The notes: a model not told the origin generated them from the letters alone. A DNA stretch of 64,000 nucleotides from an uncultured Chloroflexia bacterium (GCA_963749705.1 CAVVNQ010000016.1:32238-96237); one strand, 5' to 3'; counted from the first letter of the stretch, positions 39,187 to 49,734 are shown. Numbers and translations are program-made.

Positions 39187-40503
39187 ATGACCGCCATCAC
39201 CGACGTTCCCGTCGAAGCCGCAGCGACCGCCGAGCTCCGGGTCGGCGAGACCACCCTGAATCTGCCGGTCCAACCCTCGACCGTGGGCTACCAGGCCGTC
39301 GACATCTCGACCCTGCTGCGCGACGCGAAGGTCACCGCCCTCGACTACGGTTTCGCGAACACCGCGGCCACCCGCAGCAGCATCACGTATCTCGACGGCG
39401 AGGCGGGGATCCTGCGCTACCGGGGCTACCCGATCGAGCAGCTCGCCGACAGCTCCACCTTCCTCGAGACCGCCTATCTGCTCATCTACGGCGAGCTGCC
39501 GACGCCCGCCCAGCTCGACGAGTGGACCAGCTCGATCACGCGCCACACCCTGCTCCACGAGGAGATGAAGCGGTTCTTTGACGGCTTCCCCAAGGACGCC
39601 CACCCGATGGGCATCCTGGCCTCGGCCGTTGCCGCCCTGTCGACGTTCTACGAGGGATCCGAGGATCCCAGCGACCACGGCGACGTGGAGATCAGCACGA
39701 TCCGGCTGCTGGCCAAGATGCCGACGATCGCCGCGTTCGCCTACAAGAAGTCGATCGGCCAGCCGTTCATCTACCCCGACAACTCGCTGGACTACGAGCA
39801 GAACTTCCTGCGCATGATGTTCGCGGTCCCGTCCGAGGCCTACGAGCTGGATCCCGAGGTTGCCAAGGCGCTGCGGATCCTGCTGATCCTGCATGCGGAC
39901 CACGAGCAGAACTGCTCCACGTCGACCGTGCGCATGGTCGGCTCCAGCCATGCCAACCTGTACGCGTCGATCTCCGCCGGCATCGCCGCGCTGTGGGGGC
40001 CGCTCCACGGCGGCGCCAACCAGGAGGTCCTCGAGATGCTCGAGGCGATCCGGAAGGATGGCGGCGACGTGTCCAAGGCGGTCGCGAGGGCCAAGGACAA
40101 GAACGATCCGTTCCGGCTGATGGGCTTCGGCCACCGGGTGTACAAGAACTTCGACCCGCGGGCGCAGATCATCAAGACCGCCGCGGACACGGTCCTCGCC
40201 AGGATCGGTGCCCGGGACCAGCTGCTCGACATCGCGCTCGAGCTGGAGCAGGTGGCTCTGGCCGACCCCTACTTCATCGACCACAAGCTGTACCCGAACG
40301 TCGACTTCTACAGCGGCCTGATCTACCGCGCCCTCGGCTTCCCGACCCGGATGTTCACGGTGCTGTTCGCCATCGGCCGGCTGCCGGGCTGGATCGCCCA
40401 GTGGCGCGAGATGATGACCGACCCGTCGTCGCGGATCGGCCGGCCCCGGCAGCTGTACGTCGGGCAGGGCGAGCGAGGGTACGTCCCGCTCAGTGAGCGC
40501 TGA
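39187..40503 (+). CDS. gltA: citrate synthase
   Basis: LHADHEQN, GPLHGGAN, GFGHRVY, YPNVDFYSG. Confidence 0.97.
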   Translation: MTAITDVPVEAAATAELRVGETTLNLPVQPSTVGYQAVDISTLLRDAKVTALDYGFANTAATRSSITYLDGEAGILRYRGYPIEQLADSSTFLETAYLLIYGELPTPAQLDEWTSSITRHTLLHEEMKRFFDGFPKDAHPMGILASAVAALSTFYEGSEDPSDHGDVEISTIRLLAKMPTIAAFAYKKSIGQPFIYPDNSLDYEQNFLRMMFAVPSEAYELDPEVAKALRILLILHADHEQNCSTSTVRMVGSSHANLYASISAGIAALWGPLHGGANQEVLEMLEAIRKDGGDVSKAVARAKDKNDPFRLMGFGHRVYKNFDPRAQIIKTAADTVLARIGARDQLLDIALELEQVALADPYFIDHKLYPNVDFYSGLIYRALGFPTRMFTVLFAIGRLPGWIAQWREMMTDPSSRIGRPRQLYVGQGERGYVPLSER

Positions 40504-40558
40504 GGGCGGCTGAGGGGGCGGCGGTCCGGCGGCGCCATACCGACCTCGCCACCCGGGT

Positions 40559-41182
40559 TCAGAGCGAGAAGCCGGGCGGCTCGACGAGGTCCGGGCGGGC
40601 CGCCTCGAACCGTCGCGCCTCGGCAAGGGTCCGGACCCACTCGTAGTACACGCCCTTGGCGTGGACCAGGGCCACGCCCGCGTCGCGCATCCGGCGCAGG
40701 CCGTGCTCATGGGCGTCGCCGGGCGCAAACGTGGCGTCGGCGACGACCGCAACCCGGTAGCCCCGCGCGACCAGCCCGAGGGCTGACTGGCTGACGCACA
40801 CGTCCGTCTCGAGCCCGGCGAGCACCGCCGTCCGGCGCTCGAGACGCTCGACGACGTCGGCGATGTCCGGCTGATCGGCGAGCCCGAACACGGTCTTCGC
40901 CAGGACGGGCGTGCCCTGGGGCAGCCGGGCGAGCACCTCCAGTGCCGTGGGGCCGTTGCGGGCCGCGTCCTCCTCGGTGACCGTCACGGGGATGCCCAGC
41001 GTTGCGGCAACGCCGGCCAGCCACGCAACGCGGGCCGTCACCAGCGCCAGCCGCTCTCGGTCGGCATCCGCGCCGGCCGGATAGAAGCCGGGCTGGATGT
41101 CGATGACCACCAGCTGGGAGTCTTCGCGGTCGAGGAGCGGCATCATCCACCTGGGCGGCGGGCTGGGAGGCGCGCCGATCAT
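40559..41182 (-). CDS. isochorismatase family hydrolase
   Basis: VIDIQ..KTVF..GLETDVCV; start 41182 or 41146. Confidence 0.85.
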   Translation of the reverse strand: MIGAPPSPPPRWMMPLLDREDSQLVVIDIQPGFYPAGADADRERLALVTARVAWLAGVAATLGIPVTVTEEDAARNGPTALEVLARLPQGTPVLAKTVFGLADQPDIADVVERLERRTAVLAGLETDVCVSQSALGLVARGYRVAVVADATFAPGDAHEHGLRRMRDAGVALVHAKGVYYEWVRTLAEARRFEAARPDLVEPPGFSL

Positions 41183-41252
41183 AGCTCGCGCGGCGCGCGG
41201 CTCCGGCGACACCGGGTCGGCCGGGCGTGGCGAGCCCGCTGACGGGCGCGGG

Positions 41253-42560
41253 TCAGCGTGCGGGCGTGCGGGCCGGTGGCGACGCCTCGTCGATCGCGGC
41301 GGCATGCGTCATGTCGAGCCGGCGGAACTCCGGCATGGCCAGGGCGATCGCGCCCAGGCCGGCGATCGTGAGCAGGCCGCCGCTGATCACGGACAGCTGG
41401 GTGCCGATCGCGGCGGCCACGACGCTCGCCTCCGCGTCGCCGATCCGCGGCCCCCCGGTCACGACCAGGATATGGATCGAGGACACGCGCCCTCGCAGCC
41501 CATCGGGCGTGATCAGCTGGACGATCGAGCTGCGCAGGACGGCGCTGATCACGTCGGCCCCGGACGCGATCGCCAGGAACAGGAGCGCCAGCGGAAAGCT
41601 GAACGTCGCGAGGCCGAACGCCGTGATGCCCAGGCCCCAGACGGTGACCGCGACGAGGACCGCTCGACCCGGACGGCGGACCGTCGTCACCCGGCCGCTG
41701 AACAGCGCGGCCATCAGCCCGCCCAGCGCCGCGGCCGACGCCATCAGGCCGACGCCGGCCGGTCCCACGCGGAACACGTCGAGCGCGAGGGCCGGGTAGA
41801 GCGAGCGGGGCGAGCCGAAGACCATGGCGTTGATGTCCACGACGAACGTGGCCAGGACCTCGCGCCGGCTGCGGGCGTAGCGCAGGCCCTCGACGATCGT
41901 CGCCAGGCTCGGCCGGATCGCACCGGCGGCCGGCGCGATGGGCGAGATCATGAGCAGGGCGACGATGGCCGCGGCGAACGTGACCACGTCGATCAGGTAC
42001 GCGGCCGCGATGCCCATCGTCGCCAGGACGACGCCGCCGACCGCCGGCCCGACGACCGCGCTGCCGTTGAACACGAGCTGGTTCATCGCGATCGCCGCGG
42101 GCAGCCGCGCGGCCGGGACCAGGCGCGGGATCGCGGAGGCACGGGCCGGCTGGTCGATCGCCCCCAGCCCGGCGGCCACGAACGCGATCGCGTAGATCGC
42201 GAAGATCGACGGGTCGGGCAGGAACGCGAGCATGGCAAGCGCGAGGCTCGACAGGGCGAGGCCGGTCTGGGTCACCAGGAGCAGCTTTCGACGATCGACG
42301 GCGTCCGCCATGGCGCCACCGCCGAGCGCGAACACCAGGATCGGCACCAGCTGGACGAGCGACAGCGCCCCGACGGCCAGCAGGTCACCCGTGATCACGT
42401 AGATCTGGTACGGCAGGACGATGAACGTGATCATCCGGCCCGAGGTGCTGATCGCCTGCCCGAGCCACAGCAGCCGGAAGTCGCGGTCGTGGCGCAGGGG
42501 CGACGGATCGACGAGCAGGCCGCCCAGGCGGCGGCGGGGCGCGGGCGGGGGCTGCGTCAT
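41253..42560 (-). CDS. MFS transporter (EntS-like)
   Basis: RDFRLLWLGQ, GGAMADAVDRR, LRGRVSS..GGPRIGD. Confidence 0.92.
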   Translation of the reverse strand: MTQPPPAPRRRLGGLLVDPSPLRHDRDFRLLWLGQAISTSGRMITFIVLPYQIYVITGDLLAVGALSLVQLVPILVFALGGGAMADAVDRRKLLLVTQTGLALSSLALAMLAFLPDPSIFAIYAIAFVAAGLGAIDQPARASAIPRLVPAARLPAAIAMNQLVFNGSAVVGPAVGGVVLATMGIAAAYLIDVVTFAAAIVALLMISPIAPAAGAIRPSLATIVEGLRYARSRREVLATFVVDINAMVFGSPRSLYPALALDVFRVGPAGVGLMASAAALGGLMAALFSGRVTTVRRPGRAVLVAVTVWGLGITAFGLATFSFPLALLFLAIASGADVISAVLRSSIVQLITPDGLRGRVSSIHILVVTGGPRIGDAEASVVAAAIGTQLSVISGGLLTIAGLGAIALAMPEFRRLDMTHAAAIDEASPPARTPAR

Positions 42561-42714
42561 CGTCGCCCATGGTGACACCCGTCACGCCGGGCTGCGCCGG
42601 GCCAGTGCATCCGCCGCACGGGCGGACCCGGGCGCCCGCCGAGCGCCGGCCGAGCGCCACCGGAGCCACCGGGATGTAGAACACTTGTCCATGGTGCCCT
42701 CCCCATGGTAGCGT

Positions 42715-42731
42715 TCGACATACCGTGTACA
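42715..42731 (+). promoter_or_regulatory. CarH-like operator: TCGACA and TGTACA 11 bp apart, over the regulator start codon
   Basis: TnnACA repeats at 42715 and 42726; -10-like TAGCGT at 42709. Confidence 0.55.
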
Positions 42732-43630
42732 CCATCAAGGAAGCCTCGGCGCGAACGGGCGTCGGTGCCCCACTCATCCGGGCCTGGGAGCGACGCTACG
42801 GCGTGGTCAAGCCGACGCGGACGCCGGCCGGCTATCGCCTGTACGACGACGCGACGCTCCGCGTCCTGGTCGCGATGCGCTCCCTCGTCGAGTCCGGCTG
42901 GACCGCGTCAGAGGCAGCGCGTGCGATCGCCGCCGGTGAGGTGTCCGTGGACGAGGTCGCGGGACGGCCGGCCGCCGCGGGCGAGCCGGAGCGAGCCGGG
43001 AGGCACCAGGCGCGGCTGATCACCGAGTTCGTGACCGCGGCGGTGGCGGCATCGGCCGCCGACACGGAGGCCGTGCTCGACGAGATGCTCGCCGCCGGCT
43101 CGTTCGAGGCCGTGATCGACTCGCTGGTCCTGCCGGCCGCCGCGGCGCTCGGCGATGCCTGGGCCGCGGGCCGGCTGAGCGTCGCCGCCGAGCACGCGGC
43201 CAGCGCCGCCGTCGCGCGCCGGCTCGCCGCGATGTTCCAGGCAGCGGGCATTCCCGGCCGGACACCCGTCGTCGTCGGGCTCCCGCCGGGCGCGCGCCAC
43301 GAGCTGGGCGCACTCGCCTTTGCGGTCGCGCTGCGACGGCGCGGGGTCGGGGTCCTGTACCTGGGCCCCGACGTCCCCGTGGACGGGTGGGTCGATGCGG
43401 TCACCCGGACCCGCGCGAAGGCGGCTGTCATCGGCACGGTGGTGGCCGCGGATCCCGAGGCCGCGCTGCCGGTGCTCGACGCGATCCGTTCGCTTGGGCT
43501 CAGGCTGCTCGCCGTGGGCGGCGCCGCGGCCACGCCGGAGGTCGCCCGGCGACTGGGGGCCGTGGGGCTGCCGGAGCGCGTGGTCGATGCCGCGGTGGCC
43601 GTCGCCGACGTGCTGGCCCGCCGGGCCTGA
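42725..43630 (+). CDS. carH: MerR-family B12-binding photoreceptor regulator (CarH/LitR-like)
   Basis: RAWERRYG..RTPAGYRLY MerR HTH; W..EH (WAAGRLSVAAEH); RHELG B12-binding His; YLGPDVP. Confidence 0.85.
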   Translation: MYTIKEASARTGVGAPLIRAWERRYGVVKPTRTPAGYRLYDDATLRVLVAMRSLVESGWTASEAARAIAAGEVSVDEVAGRPAAAGEPERAGRHQARLITEFVTAAVAASAADTEAVLDEMLAAGSFEAVIDSLVLPAAAALGDAWAAGRLSVAAEHAASAAVARRLAAMFQAAGIPGRTPVVVGLPPGARHELGALAFAVALRRRGVGVLYLGPDVPVDGWVDAVTRTRAKAAVIGTVVAADPEAALPVLDAIRSLGLRLLAVGGAAATPEVARRLGAVGLPERVVDAAVAVADVLARRA

Positions 43631-43671
43631 CAGCCGGCGCCGCAGCTCAGGCGGCCCGGCAGCGGCCGGGA

Positions 43672-44673
43672 TCAGGCGTCCAATGCCGGATCGCCCGTCG
43701 CCGCCAGGGCGACGACCCGGTCCCACAGCCGGCAGCGAGCGGCAGCGGACAGTCGCGTGGACGGGAGCCGGTCGAATGGGCGCCGTCGACGGTCGAGGTA
43801 CAGGCCGCCGCTGGCGGGCATCGCGTCGTCGAGCGTGGCCAGCCACAGGATCGTGTCCGCCCCCGCATCCGGGGTGCGGAGCAGCGGGCGCATCGTCCGG
43901 TAGAACTCCGGCAGCGTCTCGGCCAGGCCCGGCGTGTCGGCCCAGCCCGGGTGCATGGCGGTGAAGGCTATGCGCTCGCCCCGCAGACGGCGCGCCCACT
44001 CCCGCATCAGCGCGACCTGCGCCCGCTTCGCGCGTGCGTACGCCTTGGGCCCGACGTAGTCGTCCTCTACGTACTGGAGGTCGTCGATCGGCAGCGGCTG
44101 CGTGTACATGCCGCCCGAGGTCACCGCGATCACCCGCGAGCCGCTCGTCCGCCGCAGCAGGGGAAGCAGCCCGGAGACCAGCGCGAACGGCCCCACGACG
44201 AGCAGCGCCAGCGTGGCCTCGATCCCGTCAGGCCCGATCGTCCGTTCGGGGAAGATCGAGCCCGCGTTGTCGACCACGACGTCCAGGCGGTCCTCGCTGG
44301 CGAGGATCGCCGCGACGGCACCCCGCACCGAGGCCAGCGACCCGATGTCCGCGACGACGATCGGGAACCGGTGCTCACGATGGCGCGCGACGAGCTCGTC
44401 GCGGACTCGGGTCAGCCGGTCCTCGCTGCGGCCCACCAGGATGACCCGCGCACCGAGGGCCGCGAACCGGTCGGTTGCCGCCCGGCCGAGGCCCGACGTC
44501 GGCCCGGTGACGAGCACCGTCCGGCCGTTCAGGGCTCCGGCCGCCGGCGCGCTCCAGCGAAACAGCCGGCGGCGGATCGCGGGTCCGATCCGGCTGAACG
44601 ACCCGATCACCGTCACCTCGAGCGCATCGTCGACGACGACCCGCGGATCGGGCATGGCCGCCAGGCGGGTCAC
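43672..44673 (-). CDS. short-chain dehydrogenase (DHRS12/retinol dehydrogenase-like)
   Basis: TGPTSGLG, SGGMY, YARAK, MHPGWADTPG; GTGA overlap with the heliorhodopsin stop. Confidence 0.9.
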   Translation of the reverse strand: MTRLAAMPDPRVVVDDALEVTVIGSFSRIGPAIRRRLFRWSAPAAGALNGRTVLVTGPTSGLGRAATDRFAALGARVILVGRSEDRLTRVRDELVARHREHRFPIVVADIGSLASVRGAVAAILASEDRLDVVVDNAGSIFPERTIGPDGIEATLALLVVGPFALVSGLLPLLRRTSGSRVIAVTSGGMYTQPLPIDDLQYVEDDYVGPKAYARAKRAQVALMREWARRLRGERIAFTAMHPGWADTPGLAETLPEFYRTMRPLLRTPDAGADTILWLATLDDAMPASGGLYLDRRRRPFDRLPSTRLSAAARCRLWDRVVALAATGDPALDA

Positions 44674-45476
44674 GGCCGGAGCGTCCCGGCGAACACCTGC
44701 CACGCGAGCAGCGACTTGGCGACCAGGCTGAACAGCATGTACGCGCGCTCGCCGTACAGGTAGTCGGCCCAGCGCCCGATCCGCCGGTACTGCAGGACCA
44801 TGTTGATCGCGAACACGTTGAAGCTGATGAACAGGGACACGAAGATCGCGATCACGAAGCCCGGGATCGCGGCCGCGCCCGGCTCGGTCGCGGCGGTCAG
44901 CAGGGCGGTCCCGATGACGAGCCACGGGACGATCCCGGCGATGCACCCGAACAGGTAGTGGAGCCACTGGACGCGGTCGCGGCCCTCGTTGGCGGCTTCC
45001 ATGCTCCAGCCGAACAGGTTCATCACGGCGTTGACGCCGAAGATGGCGATGAGCGTGCCGACCTCCTGGATCCCCGCGAGCTCCGCGATGATCACGATCA
45101 TCACGCTCGACGACAGCGCGTACTCGATCCAGCGAGCGGGGTTCTGGCCACGCGCCAGCCGGCGCTCGTACCAGCCGCGCGCCGGGCCGGCGACCGTGAA
45201 GTGCGCGATGGCGCTCAGGAAGAAGAACACCGCGACCGCCGGCCCGATCGGCAGGTCGAACAGGGCGCGCTGCGCGGGCACGAGCGTGCGGGTCGCCTCA
45301 TCGAACGTGAGATAGCTGCTGACCACGGGGGCGGTGACCACCGGGTCCTTCGCGAACGAGATCCCGAGGATCGCGAGGCCCTGCGCCGCGTGGAGGACGG
45401 CAAGCACCGCATTCCACCGGTTGAGGCTGCGTGCGCGGGGAGCCGGGATCACCCCGGGGATGCTGGACGGTTGCAT
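44670..45476 (-). CDS. heR: heliorhodopsin
   Basis: LHAAQ, SAIAH, NPARWIEYALSSS, GERAY..SLVAKSLLAW (retinal-binding Lys); AGAGGA RBS before ATG 45476. Confidence 0.95.
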   Translation of the reverse strand: MQPSSIPGVIPAPRARSLNRWNAVLAVLHAAQGLAILGISFAKDPVVTAPVVSSYLTFDEATRTLVPAQRALFDLPIGPAVAVFFFLSAIAHFTVAGPARGWYERRLARGQNPARWIEYALSSSVMIVIIAELAGIQEVGTLIAIFGVNAVMNLFGWSMEAANEGRDRVQWLHYLFGCIAGIVPWLVIGTALLTAATEPGAAAIPGFVIAIFVSLFISFNVFAINMVLQYRRIGRWADYLYGERAYMLFSLVAKSLLAWQVFAGTLRP

Positions 45477-45508
45477 CAGGTTTGTTCCTCTGTTGGGCAT
45501 CAGCAAAT

Positions 45509-45578
45509 GTAACAGACGCTTGACACCAAATTTAGCCTGCCGTAAGGTGCTGGGGATAGCTTATACAAAGTTTAGACA
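45509..45578 (+). promoter_or_regulatory. divergent promoter region: TTGACA-N17-TAAGGT with CarH-like repeats TATACA/TAGACA and GTAACA/TTGACA at 11-bp period
   Basis: Seen at 45509/45520 and 45562/45573 in an AT-rich spacer. Confidence 0.65.
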
Positions 45579-45590
45579 GGTGCGCAAGTC

Positions 45591-46037
45591 ATGGCCATCC
45601 TCAACGAGCAGCTGACAACATCCCTGGCGCCCGCTCAGGCCTTCGCGTTCATGGCGGATTTCGCGAACTCCGTCATCTGGGACCCCGGCGTGGTCTCGTC
45701 GGTGCGGATCGACGACGGCCCGGTGGGCATCGGGGCCCGATACCGGCTGGGCGTGAAGATGGCGGGCCGCACCGCGTCGATGGACTACGTGGTCACGGCC
45801 TGGGAGCCCGATCGCCGGGTCGTCCTGGAGGGCTCCGGGTCCGGCGTGATCGCCGTCGACGAGATCCGGTTCGAGCCCACGCCCGAGGGGACCCGGATCC
45901 ACTACACGGCTGACATCCGCTTCCGTGGCCTCCTGCGACTCGCGGCCCCGCTCGCCGGCGGCGCGTTCGCTCGGATCGCGCGCGACGCGCGCGATGGCAT
46001 GCAGCGCGCGCTGGACCAGCGCGCCACGGGCGCCTGA
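45591..46037 (+). CDS. SRPBCC/polyketide cyclase family protein
   Basis: [23 protein letters not shown]. Confidence 0.88.
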   Translation: MAILNEQLTTSLAPAQAFAFMADFANSVIWDPGVVSSVRIDDGPVGIGARYRLGVKMAGRTASMDYVVTAWEPDRRVVLEGSGSGVIAVDEIRFEPTPEGTRIHYTADIRFRGLLRLAAPLAGGAFARIARDARDGMQRALDQRATGA

Positions 46038-46045
46038 GGGACGCC

Positions 46046-47324
46046 GTGGACATCGCGATCATCGGCTCCGGGGTGAGCGGGCTGACCGCCGCCTGGGCCC
46101 TGGACAAGCATCATCGGGTGACGCTGTTCGAGCAGGATCCGGCGCCGGGTGGCCATGTCGCCACCGTCACCGTCGACGCAGCCGGCGGCCCGGTCGCGGT
46201 CGACACCGGGTTCATCGTCTACAACGAACGCACCTATCCCCGGTTCGTGGGGCTGCTCGCCGAGCTGGGCGTCGAGTCCCAGCCCAGCGACATGTCGTTC
46301 GGGTCCGCGTGCAGTGCGTGCGACATCGCGTTCAGCTCGCGTGGCGCCCGAGGCTTCTTCCCGGATCCCGGCACGGCCATCCGACCGTCGCAGTGGCGGA
46401 TGCTGGCGGACATCAGCCGGTTCTATCGCCACGCGCGCGAGACGCTGGACGCGTCGGCGCCGACCCGGGCGACGCTCGGTGAATGGCTCGACACGCACCG
46501 CTACGGACGGGGGTTCCGTGAGCATTTCCTGGTCCCGATCACCTCGGCCGTGTGGTCGACGGCCGCAGATCGCGTCCTCGAGTTCCCGGTCGACTACCTG
46601 CTCCACTTCCTCGACAACCACGGCCTGATCGGCTTCGGCAACGCGCCCCAGTGGCGAGTCGTGCGCGGCGGATCGCGACGCTACGTGGACCGCCTCATCG
46701 CGTCGCTGCGGCCCGGCGCCCTGCGCGCCGGCAGCCCGGTGGTCGAGGTCGTCCGCGACCAGCTGGGCGCCGCGGTCCGGACGGCGGACGGCGCCGTCGA
46801 ACGCTTCGACGGCGGTGGTGATGGCGACCCACGCCGACGATGCCCTGCGGCTGCTGCGCGACGCCGACGATCGCGAGCGCCGGGTCCTGGGCGGCTTCGA
46901 GTACTCGAGCAACCAGGTCGTGCTCCACACCGATACCGCGATCATGCCGGCGAACCGGCGGGCATGGGCATCGTGGAACGTCCATACGCCCGATTGCCGG
47001 ATGCCCGGCGACGCGCTCACGATGACCTACGACATGAGCCGGCTGCAATCGCTCCGTGGCCCGGACCGGTACCTCGTGTCGCTCAACCCGGGTGACGCGA
47101 TCGCGCCGGATCGGGTCATCCTGGAGCGGACGATGCACCATCCGATGTACACGTTCCGCACGCTGGCCGCGCAGGAAGGCGTGCGGGCGCTCCAGGGCCG
47201 GCGGCGGACGTGGTTCGCGGGCGCGCACCTGGGCTTCGGGTTCCACGAGGATGGCTGCCGGTCCGGGTTCGAGGTCGCCGAGCTGATCGGCGTACCGGCG
47301 GCCGAGACGGAGGCGGCGGCATGA
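46046..47324 (+). pseudogene. FAD-dependent oxidoreductase (UfaD-like), +1 frameshift at about 46811 (possible sequencing error)
   Basis: [19 protein letters not shown]; removing one G restores [22 protein letters not shown]. Confidence 0.88.
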
Positions 47325-48092
47325 GGTCCCACCTGCTGGAGGGCAAGGTCGGCCACCGCCGAGCGCGCCCGTTCAAATACGCGCTCGAGCACGATGTCTG
47401 GTATGCGGCGCTCGACCTCGACGAGATCGACGAGATCGACGCCCGGCTGCGGCTGTTCGGCCGCAACCGCCGCAGCGTCGTCGCGTTCCGCGACACCGAC
47501 CACCTGGTCGACCCGGTCGGTGATGTCGCGGCCGGCATCCGGGACCACCTGCGGACGGAGGGCGAGGATCCGGACGGGCTGGCGGGTGACGCTGGTCACC
47601 AACCTGCGGGTGCTGGGCTACGTGTTCAACCCCGCCAGCTTCTTCCTGTGCCGCGACGGATCGGGCACACTGCGGGTCGTGGTGGTCGAGGTCCACAACA
47701 CCTTCGGCGAGCGACACCTGTACACGCTGCGGCCGGGCGCGGATGGCGACGGGCGTGTCGGGGCGTTCACGGCCGCGATGGACAAGGCGTTCTTCGTGTC
47801 GCCGTTCATCAGCATCGACGGCCGCTACACCGTCCACGTCCGCGACGAGCCCGCCGGCCTGCGGCTCGCGATCAATCTCCGACAGGACGACCAGCCGGTG
47901 CTGAGCACGAGCCTCGTCCTCCGACGCCGGAGGCTGTCGGACCGGTCGCTCGTCCGCCTGCTGCTGCGTCACCCGCTGGTGACCCACAAGACGATCGGGC
48001 TCATCCACTGGCACGCCATCCGCCTGTGGCTCAAGGGTGCGCCGTTCTTGCGGCACGGCGCCGTCGCCTCGACGCCGGGAGCGGCCAGGTGA
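47321..48092 (+). pseudogene. DUF1365 protein (UfaO-like), +1 frameshift at about 47577 (possible sequencing error)
   Basis: HRRARP..LDLDE; shifted frame LGYVFNPASF..EVHNTFGERH..KAFFVSPF..IHWHAIRLW. Confidence 0.88.
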
Positions 48093-49330
48093 GCGGCGAG
48101 CTCACCGTCGGACGGGGCACGGTCGTGCCGGGACGGATCCTCGAGCAGGCCGCCCGCCGCGTGATGCTGGGCGCGGCGCGGCGAATCCGCGTGGGTCGCC
48201 TCGCGGTCGTGCTGCCCGACGGTTCCCGGCGCGTCTACGGCGACCCCTCGTCGGCGCACGCGGGCGAGCTCCGGGTGCACGACATGGCGGCTGCGGTCCG
48301 GATGCTGCTGGGCGGCGAGATCGGGGCGGGCGAGGCCTACATGGACGGCCTGTGGTCGAGCCCGGACCTGCCGGCACTGCTCCGGGTCGCCGCGCTCAAC
48401 CGGGAGGCGCTGGCGCTGCCACGGGGCTGGTGGCGGATCCCCCTCCGGGCGCGGAAGACGCTCGCGCACCGCGTGCGGAGGAACACGGTCACGGGCAGTC
48501 GGCGCAACATCGAAGCGCACTACGACCTCGGCAACGACCTCTACCGGCTGTTCCTCGACGAGACGATGACCTACTCCAGCGCCGTGTTCGGGTCGCCGGA
48601 CCAGTCACTCGCCGATGCCCAGCGCAACAAGTACGCGGCGATCGCCGCCCGGGCCGGGCTCACCGGTGGCGAGCACGTGCTCGAGATCGGCAGCGGCTGG
48701 GGCGGGTTCGCGCTGTACGCGGCGGGCGAGCTGGGCTGCCGGGTCACCACGATCACGGTCTCGCCGGCACAGCACGCGCTGGCCACCGAGCGGGTCGCGG
48801 CGGCGGGCCTCGCCGACCGGGTCAGCGTGGAGCTGCGCGACTACCGCGCGATCCAGGGCACCTACGACGCCGTCGTGTCGATCGAGATGCTGGAGGCCGT
48901 GGGCGCCGAGTACTACGCCACGTTCTTCGCGGCGTGTGACCGGGCGCTGCGACCCGGCGGGAAGGTCAGCCTCCAGGTGATCACGCTGCCCGATGTCGCC
49001 TACGAGCCACAGCGGCGGGGCGTCAACTGGATCCAGACCTACATCTTCCCGGGCGGTCTGCTCCCATCGCTGGCAGCGATCGAGCGATCGCTGCACGGGA
49101 CGCATCTGGTGGTCCGCGAGGTCGACGATATCGCCGCATCGTACGTGCGGACGCTGCAGGCGTGGCGCGCGGCCTTCTTCGCCCACCTGGACGAGGTCCG
49201 CGCGCTCGGGTTCGACGACCGGTTCATCCGGATGTGGGACTTCTACCTGTCGATCAGCGAGGCGGGGTTCGCGACCGGGCTGACCCAGGATCTCCAGATC
49301 GTGCTCGAGAAGGGTCGCGGGCTGGCCTGA
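48089..49330 (+). CDS. cfa: cyclopropane-fatty-acyl-phospholipid synthase family methyltransferase (UfaM-like)
   Basis: GEAYMDG, HYDLGNDLY..MTYS, EIGSGWG, SIEMLEAVG, YIFPGG. Confidence 0.93.
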   Translation: MSGELTVGRGTVVPGRILEQAARRVMLGAARRIRVGRLAVVLPDGSRRVYGDPSSAHAGELRVHDMAAAVRMLLGGEIGAGEAYMDGLWSSPDLPALLRVAALNREALALPRGWWRIPLRARKTLAHRVRRNTVTGSRRNIEAHYDLGNDLYRLFLDETMTYSSAVFGSPDQSLADAQRNKYAAIAARAGLTGGEHVLEIGSGWGGFALYAAGELGCRVTTITVSPAQHALATERVAAAGLADRVSVELRDYRAIQGTYDAVVSIEMLEAVGAEYYATFFAACDRALRPGGKVSLQVITLPDVAYEPQRRGVNWIQTYIFPGGLLPSLAAIERSLHGTHLVVREVDDIAASYVRTLQAWRAAFFAHLDEVRALGFDDRFIRMWDFYLSISEAGFATGLTQDLQIVLEKGRGLA

Positions 49331-49338
49331 CCGGGGCC

Positions 49339-49393
49339 CGCGGCGCTTCGCCCGGGCCTGACGCCTGACGCGGCGCTTCGCCCGGGCCTGACG
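49339..49393. repeat. 25-bp direct repeat CGCGGCGCTTCGCCCGGGCCTGACG x2
   Basis: Copies at 49339 and 49369, right after cfa. Confidence 0.85.
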
Positions 49394-49734
49394 AGGCGCC
49401 CTTCCCCGCCTGACTCATCGGGTGCATCACGGTCGAGGTCGGGCTGGCCGCTCGCGGCCCGATCGCCCGTTCCGGGCCGCGAACTCGTGTCCGGGGCCGC
49501 CATTTGACGCGCCGCGTGAGTCAGGCGCGAGCGCCCTGGCGAGGACCGTCCGATACGGGCAGGGCCGGTGGCCCGCGCCCGGCACCCCGCCCTATCGAAC
49601 GATCCATGCCGTCCGGTCGATGTCGCGGCAACCGGCGCCGAGACCCGGATCCAGGGGCACATTGAGCGATCGACGCGTCACCGGTAGGGTGCGATCACCG
49701 GGCGAGGGCCCCGGCCTGCTCGAGGTGTCGCACG

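Noticed and set aside
47210-49330. DUF1365-Cfa fusion (706-aa ORF)
   Set aside because: Caused by the +1 frameshift in DUF1365; cfa has its own GTGA-coupled start at 48089
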